From Candidatus Peribacteraceae bacterium (GTDB lineage Bacteria > Patescibacteriota > Gracilibacteria > Peribacterales > Peribacteraceae): DNA of 64,000 bases. The position numbers and the translations under genes are program-made. Shown piece after piece: positions 35,364-43,618 of this stretch. The first letter of the stretch is position 1; every line of letters begins with the position of its first letter. The notes under the pieces are model-generated. The model searched no databases and had not been told where the DNA came from. It saw only the letters and a list, made by a program, of their open reading frames with translations. Where the stretch lies: NCBI GenBank assembly GCA_028711345.1, contig JAQTSK010000001.1:11961-75960 (forward strand), read 5' to 3'.

Positions 35364-35423
35364 TCAATATACTTCACGCAAATAGCATTCTTCACAATAG
35401 ACAATCTCCGGTCGTTCGGGAGA
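35364..35423 (-). pseudogene. Fossil 3' end (last 19 codons + TGA) of a sixth cysteine-rich paralogue
   Basis: Minus strand translates SPERPEIVYCEECYLREVY*, the family C-terminal signature. No upstream body is present. Confidence 0.7.
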
Positions 35424-35451
35424 ACCTGCCCCTCCGTAGCGACCCCCTTGG

Positions 35452-37134
35452 TTAATAAACGGTAGCCAGATAACACGGTTCACAATAGACAACTTCTGGT
35501 CGCGAAGGGGGGTAACTGGTGTTGATCATCTTTCCGCACTTCCCGCATTTCCTACTCCACAGCTTCCTCGGCGTCTGCAGTTCAAAGCGCTCCTTCTGCC
35601 GTTGTTCGAAGCACTTGTCCGGCACCGGTACGACCATAGAGCGGTAGAAGCTCAGTTCCTGCGGAATGATCTTGTACTTCTTGCCTGTGATGCTGCACGG
35701 GAAAATCTCTTCACAGAGATCATCTCTGACTTCTCTGATGTCATCCGGCAGGGGAGTCGACAGTGTTGATCGTTCCTTCGTATCCTCATCCAACCATCTC
35801 CAGCCATTTTCCAATGCTTCATCCCGATTTAACGGAACATAGTCCTGCGCATTCGTCTCGTTGTAGGCGAAAGGCGAGAGGTCGGTCGGGATGAATTCGC
35901 CATACTCTTCTTCCTGCCTCATCCGTTCAATAATTTTCGGAACAAGCTCGTTATATTCTTTTTCGGTGTATTGCTTATTCAGGATGCAGAATTTTTTATA
36001 CCGGAGGCCGCAGCAACCGAAGCAGTCCGATGAATTGAGGCACTGGTTGCAGCAGATCAGATTTGCATTGCTGTCCCAGCACTCATTGCTGAAGAGCACA
36101 TTCCGGCAGTTGTAGCCGCAGTTGATGGTTTCGTAGATCAGTTCGCAGCCGCGTCCCCACGATGCGTAATCCATGCAGTCTTTGGCTTGTACGAGTGACT
36201 GGACGTAGCGGCAGTCCTCACTCTCACGAACCTCGAATGCATCGAGGACATTTTTGCAGTGGTCGATGTAGTTCCCCCGAACGTTTTCATTATTCATCCC
36301 CATATACTCCCGCACGATCATATTTCTCTTAAGTTCTGAGAAACGTTTTTTGAGGAGTCCAACGGTCGATCGAATGTAGAGTGTTGTTCCCGCGAGCTGC
36401 GATCGATACTCCTCTTCCGAATATTGCTTGTTGTCGATACAGAACCGCTTCTGCGTCAGATTAGTGCAGAACATGCAGTCATTGCAGCCGGTGCAGCCTT
36501 TCAGGAATGCAGAGCTGCTGCAGTTCTTGCAGGATTCCACCCAGCGGCAGTCGTAGCATTCGTAGGAGTCCACGCATTCGTAGCAGCGTTCACTTTTGTG
36601 CGTATTCAGACAATCCACGCAATTGCGGCAGTTGGTCAGGTGGACGGAGTAGTAGCAGTCTTCGCTGAAGTTGGACGTGAAGATCATGTAGCAGTTTTTG
36701 TCATTGCTCGCTCGGTTGCAGTAGTCCGCGTTCTCCATGTTGGCCTGCTGGATCAGGGACATCTTCGGCACGATTTTCATCAACTCGCCAAACTGCGGCC
36801 AGAACGGACGGGAGAGATCGACTGACCGGCCATAGGACAGCGGATCCCAACCGTCACCGAACCACGCGTCCTTGGAATACACGACGTACGGGCTATCCTC
36901 GGGGTACATCGAAATCATGTCTCTGTGCGTCAGATCGCAGGTCCGCTTGTAAAGCGAGCGTTCGTTCCTGAATGCCAGCCTCCGCTGCATCCGACATTGC
37001 GGGCAGAGGGTGGGAGGCGGAATGAGCTCTTTCTTCTCATTGAAGGCCGGGCTGACTTTGTCGTAAAACTGCAGGTCGGCATCGGTGATGTCGAAGGACT
37101 GGCGGCACCAAGCATTTGCACAGGACTTTTGCAC
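35452..37134 (-). CDS. Cysteine-rich zinc-ribbon repeat protein, paralogue E
   Basis: GTG start gives MQKSCANAWCRQSFDIT. Ends VVYCEPCYLATVY. Confidence 0.85.
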   Translation of the reverse strand: MQKSCANAWCRQSFDITDADLQFYDKVSPAFNEKKELIPPPTLCPQCRMQRRLAFRNERSLYKRTCDLTHRDMISMYPEDSPYVVYSKDAWFGDGWDPLSYGRSVDLSRPFWPQFGELMKIVPKMSLIQQANMENADYCNRASNDKNCYMIFTSNFSEDCYYSVHLTNCRNCVDCLNTHKSERCYECVDSYECYDCRWVESCKNCSSSAFLKGCTGCNDCMFCTNLTQKRFCIDNKQYSEEEYRSQLAGTTLYIRSTVGLLKKRFSELKRNMIVREYMGMNNENVRGNYIDHCKNVLDAFEVRESEDCRYVQSLVQAKDCMDYASWGRGCELIYETINCGYNCRNVLFSNECWDSNANLICCNQCLNSSDCFGCCGLRYKKFCILNKQYTEKEYNELVPKIIERMRQEEEYGEFIPTDLSPFAYNETNAQDYVPLNRDEALENGWRWLDEDTKERSTLSTPLPDDIREVRDDLCEEIFPCSITGKKYKIIPQELSFYRSMVVPVPDKCFEQRQKERFELQTPRKLWSRKCGKCGKMINTSYPPSRPEVVYCEPCYLATVY

Positions 37135-37140
37135 ATCAGG

Positions 37141-37149
37141 ATTGTAACA
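37141..37149 (-). promoter_or_regulatory. Extended -10 TGTTACAAT, 6 nt upstream of the paralogue E GTG start
   Basis: Minus strand reads TGTTACAAT-cctgat-GTG(37134). Confidence 0.45.
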
Positions 37150-37181
37150 GACAGTGATGGGGGATCTATTTCCGAATCAAT

Positions 37182-37469
37182 CTATCCCTCATGAGTTTCA
37201 ATGCACATCAATGTATATGGATGTAGGCTTGAAAGATCATCTAACGAAGCTCCACCAACTTCTTCGATAATTTTACATCTGAGTAGATGTACAACGTACT
37301 GCAGGGCTTGAAGTTCCCTTGAAATAAGCCCTTTCATCCTTTCCAGCTGGTACATCAGGTTTGGTTCATACGCCATTTGTTGAAGTGTTACTGCGGCATG
37401 CGCGGTTTCTCTTCCTGTAAATGAATCCCATGAATCAGGTTTGCTTCCTTGGCTGAATCGATTGTCCAT
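37182..37469 (-). CDS. Hypothetical protein (AT-rich gene)
   Basis: ORF only. The start is set at an internal ATG to avoid overlap with the upstream gene. Confidence 0.3.
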   Translation of the reverse strand: MDNRFSQGSKPDSWDSFTGRETAHAAVTLQQMAYEPNLMYQLERMKGLISRELQALQYVVHLLRCKIIEEVGGASLDDLSSLHPYTLMCIETHEG

Positions 37470-37500
37470 GATGTTATCATAACACAATAATATCAGGAGT

Positions 37501-38901
37501 CTATTCACCAAAAATCATCCTCTTGAACTCTTCCGGAATGCAGTGCTCCGCGCTCGGCTTCAGCGTCTTTTCGATCAGCGTCTCCGGATCGAGCAATGTC
37601 TTGCGAATTTCCGTCTGGAACATCTTCATGACGGGAGAATCATTGAAATCACCTCGCTTTTCAGCAAGGAGAAATGCGGCTTTCGTTTCTTCCGGTGAGC
37701 CCACGCACTCGAACGGCTTGAACTTTTCGATGCCGAGGAGCTCGCGGTAGAGCGGCAGGAGGTCGGTGTTATCGAACAGATTCTTGCCGAACATCTTCAC
37801 CAATCGATCCTTTGAGATGAATGCGGAGAGGATTGCGAAGACGAACGCGCATTTCGGACAGGTGCCGCACCAGCCCCCACCCCCGACCCCTCCCCCGGGC
37901 CCCGCTGCGGCGTTGCTGCCGGGGGAGGGGAGTTTTTTCAATTTCCAATTTTTGTTGCAGCTCGTCACGCGATCGAAGTACTGCGGATACTGCGAGAAAA
38001 TTTCTGCGATCTTGAGTTCCGAGAATGGCCGGAGTGCGCTGAAGTACTGAATGTCCGTGCCGATGCATTCTTTCAGGTACCGTCGGAAAGCCTTTTCAAA
38101 TTCCAGCCCCTTGCTCCATTGATGATTAATTTCGAGCCCCTTCCAGACCAGATTGCCTTCGCTCGCACTTCGCTCGGCACTGATCGCCACTGCATCGAAG
38201 TCATACAGCTGCGCGATGAGGACCGACAAGATTGAAAGGTATGCGGTGATGGGAACGTGGCCGTTGAGCGCGCCATCGGCGTTGAGGTCGAAGAGGTTGC
38301 CGGAGAGCAAGCGTTTGACGTTGAACAGCGGCAGACCGGATGCGTGCGCCAGTTCATCGATGATCGGATGTGAGCCTCCCATTCGCAGCAGCGTCACGTT
38401 GGACGCCGATTTCTTGAGCAGCTCGAGAGTCACCATGGAATCTTTCCCTCCGCCGATCGGAACCAAGACGCGCGGCTGCGCCGGAATTCTCGGTTGGTAG
38501 TTCGGCGGCTTGGCAGTCAGCGGCTTGCGCTTATCATCCACTGGGAAATTGACCAACCCTCTGAAATCGATTTCATTTTCGTAGAAGAACTGACCGAGAC
38601 CATTCTGGTAGACCGAGTTCCAGAAGTTCCCTTCCTGCCGTGTCAGTTTGCCGCTGCCCATGTGCATGGTCTTGGGCAGGCAGGTCTTGTAGTAGCTGAT
38701 GCCGCCGATGATGTGCAGCGCCAAGAGCGTCCGCTCGATCATGCCGGACCGTTCCTCCAGATGCTTGGTGAGCGGTTCGTCAGGCAGGATCAACGTTTCT
38801 TCGAACGAGATGGCGTTGTCCAGTGCATACCGCAGTACAACCTTTTTGCTGTGCGGGATCCAGTTGTAGCCGGAGAAGTGGAAGACAGAGTAGGGCTTCA
38901 T
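37501..38901 (-). CDS. PP-loop (adenine-nucleotide alpha-hydrolase superfamily) ATPase, possibly MurL-like epimerase
   Basis: PP-loop-like VLVPIGGGKDSMV and a downstream WCGTCPKCAFVF Cys motif, ~466 aa. The MurL assignment is from memory and unverified. Confidence 0.35.
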   Translation of the reverse strand: MKPYSVFHFSGYNWIPHSKKVVLRYALDNAISFEETLILPDEPLTKHLEERSGMIERTLLALHIIGGISYYKTCLPKTMHMGSGKLTRQEGNFWNSVYQNGLGQFFYENEIDFRGLVNFPVDDKRKPLTAKPPNYQPRIPAQPRVLVPIGGGKDSMVTLELLKKSASNVTLLRMGGSHPIIDELAHASGLPLFNVKRLLSGNLFDLNADGALNGHVPITAYLSILSVLIAQLYDFDAVAISAERSASEGNLVWKGLEINHQWSKGLEFEKAFRRYLKECIGTDIQYFSALRPFSELKIAEIFSQYPQYFDRVTSCNKNWKLKKLPSPGSNAAAGPGGGVGGGGWCGTCPKCAFVFAILSAFISKDRLVKMFGKNLFDNTDLLPLYRELLGIEKFKPFECVGSPEETKAAFLLAEKRGDFNDSPVMKMFQTEIRKTLLDPETLIEKTLKPSAEHCIPEEFKRMIFGE

Positions 38902-38915
38902 GCGGATTCTATTGA

Positions 38916-39845
38916 TTATTTGCGGTCATTAGGTAAAATGTCTTTTGGTACAGCGGGTGTCGCCTCGATAGACGATGACCCGTCTGTTTCCTTTGTCTTG
39001 GGAACAAATAGCTTAACACGGAATCGCTTATCTTTTGATTCATAATGTTTCAACGATGATAACCTGACATTTTTCTTGATTCCGAGTGCTTCTTTCACGA
39101 AATTCAGTAGATCCATTTTGATTGATTGGGTTTTCGAGAGTGTATTTTCGTTAATGTAACCTTTTGCAATTTTTGCATCGAAGACACTGCACCCTATCAA
39201 TATATCTACGAGTTGCAGGCAATCATTCCATTTCGAACTGATTTGGCAGACCCCCGTAAGGGCAAGACGCTTGAAATGATCATTCACTATTGCCCTGACT
39301 CCTCCTTCGAATGATTCACCTTCTCCATTGTCGAAAAGTGAATCTGTGGGTGTGAAGTAATCATCAGAAAGAACTGTCAGTACTTCCACTTCGCTGATGT
39401 TCTTCTTGATGAGCTCGACCAAGAACTTCTTGTATAACTGGAAAATGTCTCCATTGAAATACTTGTCCAAATCGAATGATGGATCTGTTTTTGGAATGAT
39501 AATTGCGCTGAAGTTGGAACCTCTATTTTGTGTAGCTACTTTTAGAAACTCTCTGGCTATTTTGAGTGTCACAAATGATAGTTTGTTGAATTTTATCTCT
39601 TCGTAAAAATTATATCTGCTTCGAATTCTCCGGAGTTCACGATAGAGAAGTGATGGACGATGAACTTTGAACATTCCGATACCGAAGAACGGATCATCCT
39701 TTCTGCTCAATGCACCTGATTCATCAATGAATGCGAACGGTGTGCGAATTTGTCGATAGTTAAGCAGAGAGAAAAATTTCAACTGAATGAGTTCTTCTTT
39801 GGAAAGTTTTGCCGGTTCGTTTGACGAAGGTAATGTTGTGGTCAT
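38916..39845 (-). CDS. DUF3800-domain protein (AT-rich gene)
   Basis: N-terminal FAFIDESG motif characteristic of DUF3800. It starts 13 nt after the tRNA-Leu 3' end. Confidence 0.5.
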   Translation of the reverse strand: MTTTLPSSNEPAKLSKEELIQLKFFSLLNYRQIRTPFAFIDESGALSRKDDPFFGIGMFKVHRPSLLYRELRRIRSRYNFYEEIKFNKLSFVTLKIAREFLKVATQNRGSNFSAIIIPKTDPSFDLDKYFNGDIFQLYKKFLVELIKKNISEVEVLTVLSDDYFTPTDSLFDNGEGESFEGGVRAIVNDHFKRLALTGVCQISSKWNDCLQLVDILIGCSVFDAKIAKGYINENTLSKTQSIKMDLLNFVKEALGIKKNVRLSSLKHYESKDKRFRVKLFVPKTKETDGSSSIEATPAVPKDILPNDRK

Positions 39846-39858
39846 ACTAGTAAGTGAT

Positions 39859-39943
39859 TGGTGCCGAAGGAGGGACTCGAACCCTCACACCTTGCGGTAC
39901 ACGATTTTGAGTCGTGCGCGTCTACCAGTTCCGCCACTTCGGC
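39859..39943 (-). tRNA. tRNA-Leu (CAA)
   Basis: GCCGAAG/CTTCGGC acceptor, loop CTCAAAA, long variable arm, CCA encoded. Confidence 0.85.
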
Positions 39944-40040
39944 AATGGGATGAAAGATCCGGTCGGTAGCGTACCGCTTCCACTCATCGTTCGCCAACCG
40001 AGCTAATCGCTTATCGCTACCCGCTTACCGCTCCTCCATT

Positions 40041-40691
40041 CTATTTCGACTGCATCAATCTCTGTGATTGCATGAGCAGATCAATCACCTCCTCATCTTC
40101 CACCTGTCCGAATTCCCCGTACCACTTCCCGACCGCCTCGAAGTTCCCGGGTGACTCCAGCACGATGATGCGGTCCGCTCTATGCATGATGGCGTCGGCG
40201 GTTTCCTGCGGCGCTACGGGGAGTGCGACGACGATTTCCTTCGGCTCCGCTTTGCGGACGTCTTCGATGGCGGCAAGCATTGAGTTTCCAGTGGCGGCGC
40301 CATCGTCTACCAAGATCACGATCTTCCCTTTCAGTGACGGCCGCGGTCTGACCGCGTACATCTCTTTCCGCCTTCGTAGTTCCTCCATTTCCTCATCGAT
40401 CACCGGCTCCAGATCGTTCCAAGTCAGCCCCATCGCCCGCATCGTCCGTTCATCGAGGTAGGTCGTGCCGCCTTCCGCCAGTGCGCCCACGCCGTACTCG
40501 CGGTTTTCCGGATGCCCGATCTTTCGGACGATGTACGGGTAGAGAGGGAGCGTCAGGATGGTCGATAGCATCTTCCCGACGACGACTCCGCCGCGCACCA
40601 GCCCCAGAACGATCGCTTTCTTCTCCCCGCTCAAATTCCCCAGCCTCCCCGCGAGGATCCGGCCGGCGGTGGTTCGGGAGTCGAAAGGCAT
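40041..40691 (-). CDS. Phosphoribosyltransferase-domain protein
   Basis: PRPP-binding motif IVILVDDGAATGNSM. The start is set at the internal ATG because the upstream extension is encoded by a repeat element. Confidence 0.6.
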   Translation of the reverse strand: MPFDSRTTAGRILAGRLGNLSGEKKAIVLGLVRGGVVVGKMLSTILTLPLYPYIVRKIGHPENREYGVGALAEGGTTYLDERTMRAMGLTWNDLEPVIDEEMEELRRRKEMYAVRPRPSLKGKIVILVDDGAATGNSMLAAIEDVRKAEPKEIVVALPVAPQETADAIMHRADRIIVLESPGNFEAVGKWYGEFGQVEDEEVIDLLMQSQRLMQSK

Positions 40692-40718
40692 GGTTAGTGT
40701 GGCAGTCTCTATGACGCG

Positions 40719-40868
40719 TGAGAGGAGAGGATGTTTCAGGCGGAGGAGGAGAAGAGGAGAGGAAACAGACGAGGAGAGGAACAGATAGTGATGCTTGGTC
40801 ATCCTCTCATCTTCTCCTCTTCTCAATCCTCTCCTCCTTTCGTTCGATTTACTTTCATCTCTCCTCAC
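40719..40868. repeat. Purine-arm/pyrimidine-arm palindromic element built from GAGGAKGA-type words (copy 1)
   Basis: gagaggagaggatg...gaggagaggaacag faces catcctctcatcttctcctcttctcaatcctctcctcc. Lies between divergent starts 40691 and 40883. Confidence 0.65.
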
Positions 40869-40882
40869 GGCATCATTCTCCC

Positions 40883-41800
40883 ATGTACGACATCCTCATC
40901 ATCGGTCTCGGCTGCGCGGGCTACACATCGGCGATCTACAGCGCACGCTATAAATTGAAGACGTTCATCGTGGGTCAGGAGGAAGGCGGGATGGGCAATG
41001 AAGCCGCGGAGGTGGGGAACTGGCCCGGTGAGATCGATATCAAAGGTCCGGTGCTCATGGAGAAATTCAAGAAGCACGCGCTCAGCTTCGGTGACTTGGT
41101 GACCATGAAGAACGGACTCGTGAAGGACATTGAAAAAATCGAAGGCGGGTTTCGTCTGCATCTGGATGGAGGAGAGACGGCGGAAGGAAAGGCGGTGATC
41201 TTCGCGACCGGCTCGGTGAAGCGGCACCTCGGGGTGAAGGGCGAGAAGGAATTCGCAGGGAAGGGCGTGTCCTACTGTGCGACGTGCGACGCGTTCTTCT
41301 TCCGGAATAAGACCGTCGCGGTGGTCGGGGGAGGGGATTCTGCGGTGGAGGGTGCGGTGATCCTCGCGCAAGTGGCGAAGAAGGTGTACCTGATCCATCG
41401 GCGCAAGGAATTCCGCGCCGAGCCGTTCTGGTCCGACAAGATCCGCGCGAAGCCGAACGTGGAACTGGTGATGGAGCGTACGCTCAAGGAAATCCGCGGA
41501 GATGCTAAGGTGACGAATCTGTTGCTGAATGAACCGCATGCCGGTTCGGACACCATTGAAGTGGATGGCGTATTTGTCGAAGTCGGATCCGATCCTGCGG
41601 TCAGTCTGCCGGTCCGCTTGGGTTGTGCATTGGACGAAAGAGGATTCCTGAACGTCGGTGAGGATCAGCAGACGAACATCGCGGGCGTCTTCGGAGCCGG
41701 TGATCTGACGGGAAACTCCAACCACTTCGCGCAGTTCACGACTGCGGCGGGGGAGGCGACGGTGGCGGCAAACGGGGCGTTCAATTATTTACAAGGATGA
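40883..41800 (+). CDS. trxB: Thioredoxin-disulfide reductase
   Basis: FAD site IIGLGCAGYTSA, redox CATCD, NADPH site GGGDSAVEGA with HRRKEFRA. Confidence 0.85.
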   Translation: MYDILIIGLGCAGYTSAIYSARYKLKTFIVGQEEGGMGNEAAEVGNWPGEIDIKGPVLMEKFKKHALSFGDLVTMKNGLVKDIEKIEGGFRLHLDGGETAEGKAVIFATGSVKRHLGVKGEKEFAGKGVSYCATCDAFFFRNKTVAVVGGGDSAVEGAVILAQVAKKVYLIHRRKEFRAEPFWSDKIRAKPNVELVMERTLKEIRGDAKVTNLLLNEPHAGSDTIEVDGVFVEVGSDPAVSLPVRLGCALDERGFLNVGEDQQTNIAGVFGAGDLTGNSNHFAQFTTAAGEATVAANGAFNYLQG

Positions 41801-41950
41801 GAGGAAGTAGAGGATGAGAGGATGAGAGGAGGGTTTGTTTCAAGTTTCAGGTTTCAAGTTCCTATACACAAAACCTGAAACCTGCGAACATGAAACCTGC
41901 AACTGTTGTTCCTCTCCTCCTCTCTCACCTCTCTTTCCTCTCCTCCTCCC
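41795..41950. repeat. Nested palindromic element: outer GAGGATGA-word arms, inner CAGGTTTCA-word arms (copy 2)
   Basis: The outer arms ggatgagaggaagtagaggatgagaggatgagagga and cctctcctcctctctcacctctctttcctctcctcctcc enclose the inner arms gtttcaagtttcaggtttcaagtt and aacctgaaacctgcgaacatgaaacctgcaac. Confidence 0.7.
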
Positions 41951-41951
41951 G

Positions 41952-42845
41952 ATGTGGCTCCTCTTCGTCCTCCTTTCGGCTCTCTCCTGGGCATTGGTGA
42001 ATGTGCTGGATTCGGGTCTGGTCCGGCAGTATGAGAAGCATCCCGCCATCCTGCTCTGGAGCCAGTCGCTGTTCTCTATTCCCATTCTTATCGGGATGGC
42101 ATTGGTGTTGGACGTGCAGACATCGTTCTGGTGGATTCTGCTGCTTGCGGGAATGATCGCGTACCTCGGGGACATGTGCGTGTTCCTTCTCTTGGACAGG
42201 ATTGATGCCTCGGTCAGCAACCTGTCGTGGGCGCTCCTCGCCATCTTCATCAGCATCATCGGGTTTCTGTTTTTTCATGAAACCTGGACGTCCCTGCAGG
42301 CCGGAGGAGCCCTACTGGTGCTGAGCGGTGCGCTGATTCTCTCTTTCTGGCGGCGCGATATCTTCCATGCACGCGTCTTGCTTCCTCTCTTCGGTCTCGC
42401 CCTCCTGTACCTGCCTTTCTACGTTGCCAAGAAAGCGGCACTCCTCGAGAACCAGACAGTATGGGCGGTACTTTTTTGGCTTCTCATCGGTCGTGAGCTG
42501 CTCTGCATATTCACTCCGGTGGCGATCCCTTCCCTCCGGAGTCGAGTCGTTGCTCTCGTCCGCCGCGTCCCTCTCAGGTTTTATCTCGGTTCTGCGGTTG
42601 TCATCATCGTGTTCTTCCTCGGCGAGTACTTCGGAACTGTTGCCTACGATCTCGGAAAAGCGTCCCTTGTGGCGATCGTCGGAAACGTACAGCTCTTCCT
42701 CGTGATCGCACTCGCATGGGTGTTCTCCCGTTTCATTCCGGCATTTGTGCCCAGAGAGCTCCTGGATTCCCGTTCCGTGCTGATCAAGGCGGTCAGTTTC
42801 GCCTTCGTCTTCGTTGGGCTTGCACTCCTGTCCGTCTCCCAGTAA
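41952..42845 (+). CDS. DMT/EamA-like membrane protein
   Basis: About 9-10 hydrophobic helices. The start is set at the ATG right after the repeat element. Confidence 0.45.
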   Translation: MWLLFVLLSALSWALVNVLDSGLVRQYEKHPAILLWSQSLFSIPILIGMALVLDVQTSFWWILLLAGMIAYLGDMCVFLLLDRIDASVSNLSWALLAIFISIIGFLFFHETWTSLQAGGALLVLSGALILSFWRRDIFHARVLLPLFGLALLYLPFYVAKKAALLENQTVWAVLFWLLIGRELLCIFTPVAIPSLRSRVVALVRRVPLRFYLGSAVVIIVFFLGEYFGTVAYDLGKASLVAIVGNVQLFLVIALAWVFSRFIPAFVPRELLDSRSVLIKAVSFAFVFVGLALLSVSQ

Positions 42846-42857
42846 AGTGCCGCAGCT

Positions 42858-43034
42858 ATGCCACGCGGTAAGAAAACGGTCTACGCCGGCTTTTGTACGG
42901 AATGCAAGATGCGCATCTGCACCGTGCGTATCTCCAAGGCCAAGAAAGCCGACTTCCGTGAACTCAAGAAGTTCTGCCCCGTCTGCATGAAGCGGATGAA
43001 GGTGAAGCTGAAGGAAGAAAAGCATTCAAGTTAG
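42858..43034 (+). CDS. rpmG: 50S ribosomal protein L33 (zinc-ribbon form)
   Basis: 58-aa ORF not in the track: MPRGKKTVYAGFCTECKMRICTVRISKAKKADFRELKKFCPVCMKRMKVKLKEEKHSS. It fits the CxxC...ELKKFCPxC...KEEK pattern of L33. Confidence 0.55.
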   Translation: MPRGKKTVYAGFCTECKMRICTVRISKAKKADFRELKKFCPVCMKRMKVKLKEEKHSS

Positions 43035-43156
43035 TTGTTACTTTTCACGGTCAGAGAGGTAGTTGGCATCCGGTAGATGGCAGTTGTCTATTTGCTGTTC
43101 TCATAATCCATCCCAGCTACTAGCTACCAGCTACCGGCTACCAGTAAGATTCTGTC

Positions 43157-43618
43157 ATGAAGAAATATCGCTCCGCAGTTGCCGTATTGGTATTGAAGAA
43201 AGATTCTGATGGTTCCGCGAGGATTCTTCTCGTTCATAAACCGCGAAAATCCGATGCATGGCAGTTGCCGCAAGGGGGGATCGAAGAAGGGGAAACGCCG
43301 GAGGTGGCGGCATTGCGGGAACTCAATGAGGAAGCGGGATTGTTATTGGCTGTTCCCGTGCAGATGAGTGCGCATACGTATTGCTACGATTTTCCTCCGG
43401 AGTTTCTCGCGAGATACAATCCGGTGAATGCGGGGCAGAAGCTCTGCTTCGTCGCTTTGGAAGCTCCTGATGATTCTGTCGTGAAGGTCGATCATGATGA
43501 AGTGGATGATTTCCGCTGGGTGTTGCCGGAGGAACTGGAACGGTACAATCCGCGGAAGGAGTATGTGGAGGTGATTTTGAGGGTGCTTGAGGAGAGGATG
43601 AGAGGAATAAGAAGATGA
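43157..43618 (+). CDS. NUDIX hydrolase
   Basis: Nudix box GGIEEGETPEVAALRELNEEAGL. TAAGAT lies 6 nt upstream of the ATG. The last codons are encoded by the next repeat element. Confidence 0.7.
   Translation: MKKYRSAVAVLVLKKDSDGSARILLVHKPRKSDAWQLPQGGIEEGETPEVAALRELNEEAGLLLAVPVQMSAHTYCYDFPPEFLARYNPVNAGQKLCFVALEAPDDSVVKVDHDEVDDFRWVLPEELERYNPRKEYVEVILRVLEERMRGIRR

Noticed and set aside
40718-40882. Long N-terminal extensions of trxB (and likewise of prs to 51096, the cvpA-like gene to 53450, the Sel1 gene to 56489, the PRTase to 40868 and recF from 43678)
   Set aside because: The extensions are encoded by tandem-word palindromic elements or are antisense to neighbouring genes. Conserved N-termini begin at the internal starts used here.
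42312-43025. 237-aa minus-strand ORF
   Set aside because: It is antisense to the DMT-like gene and to the rpmG-like ORF, and has a shadow composition.
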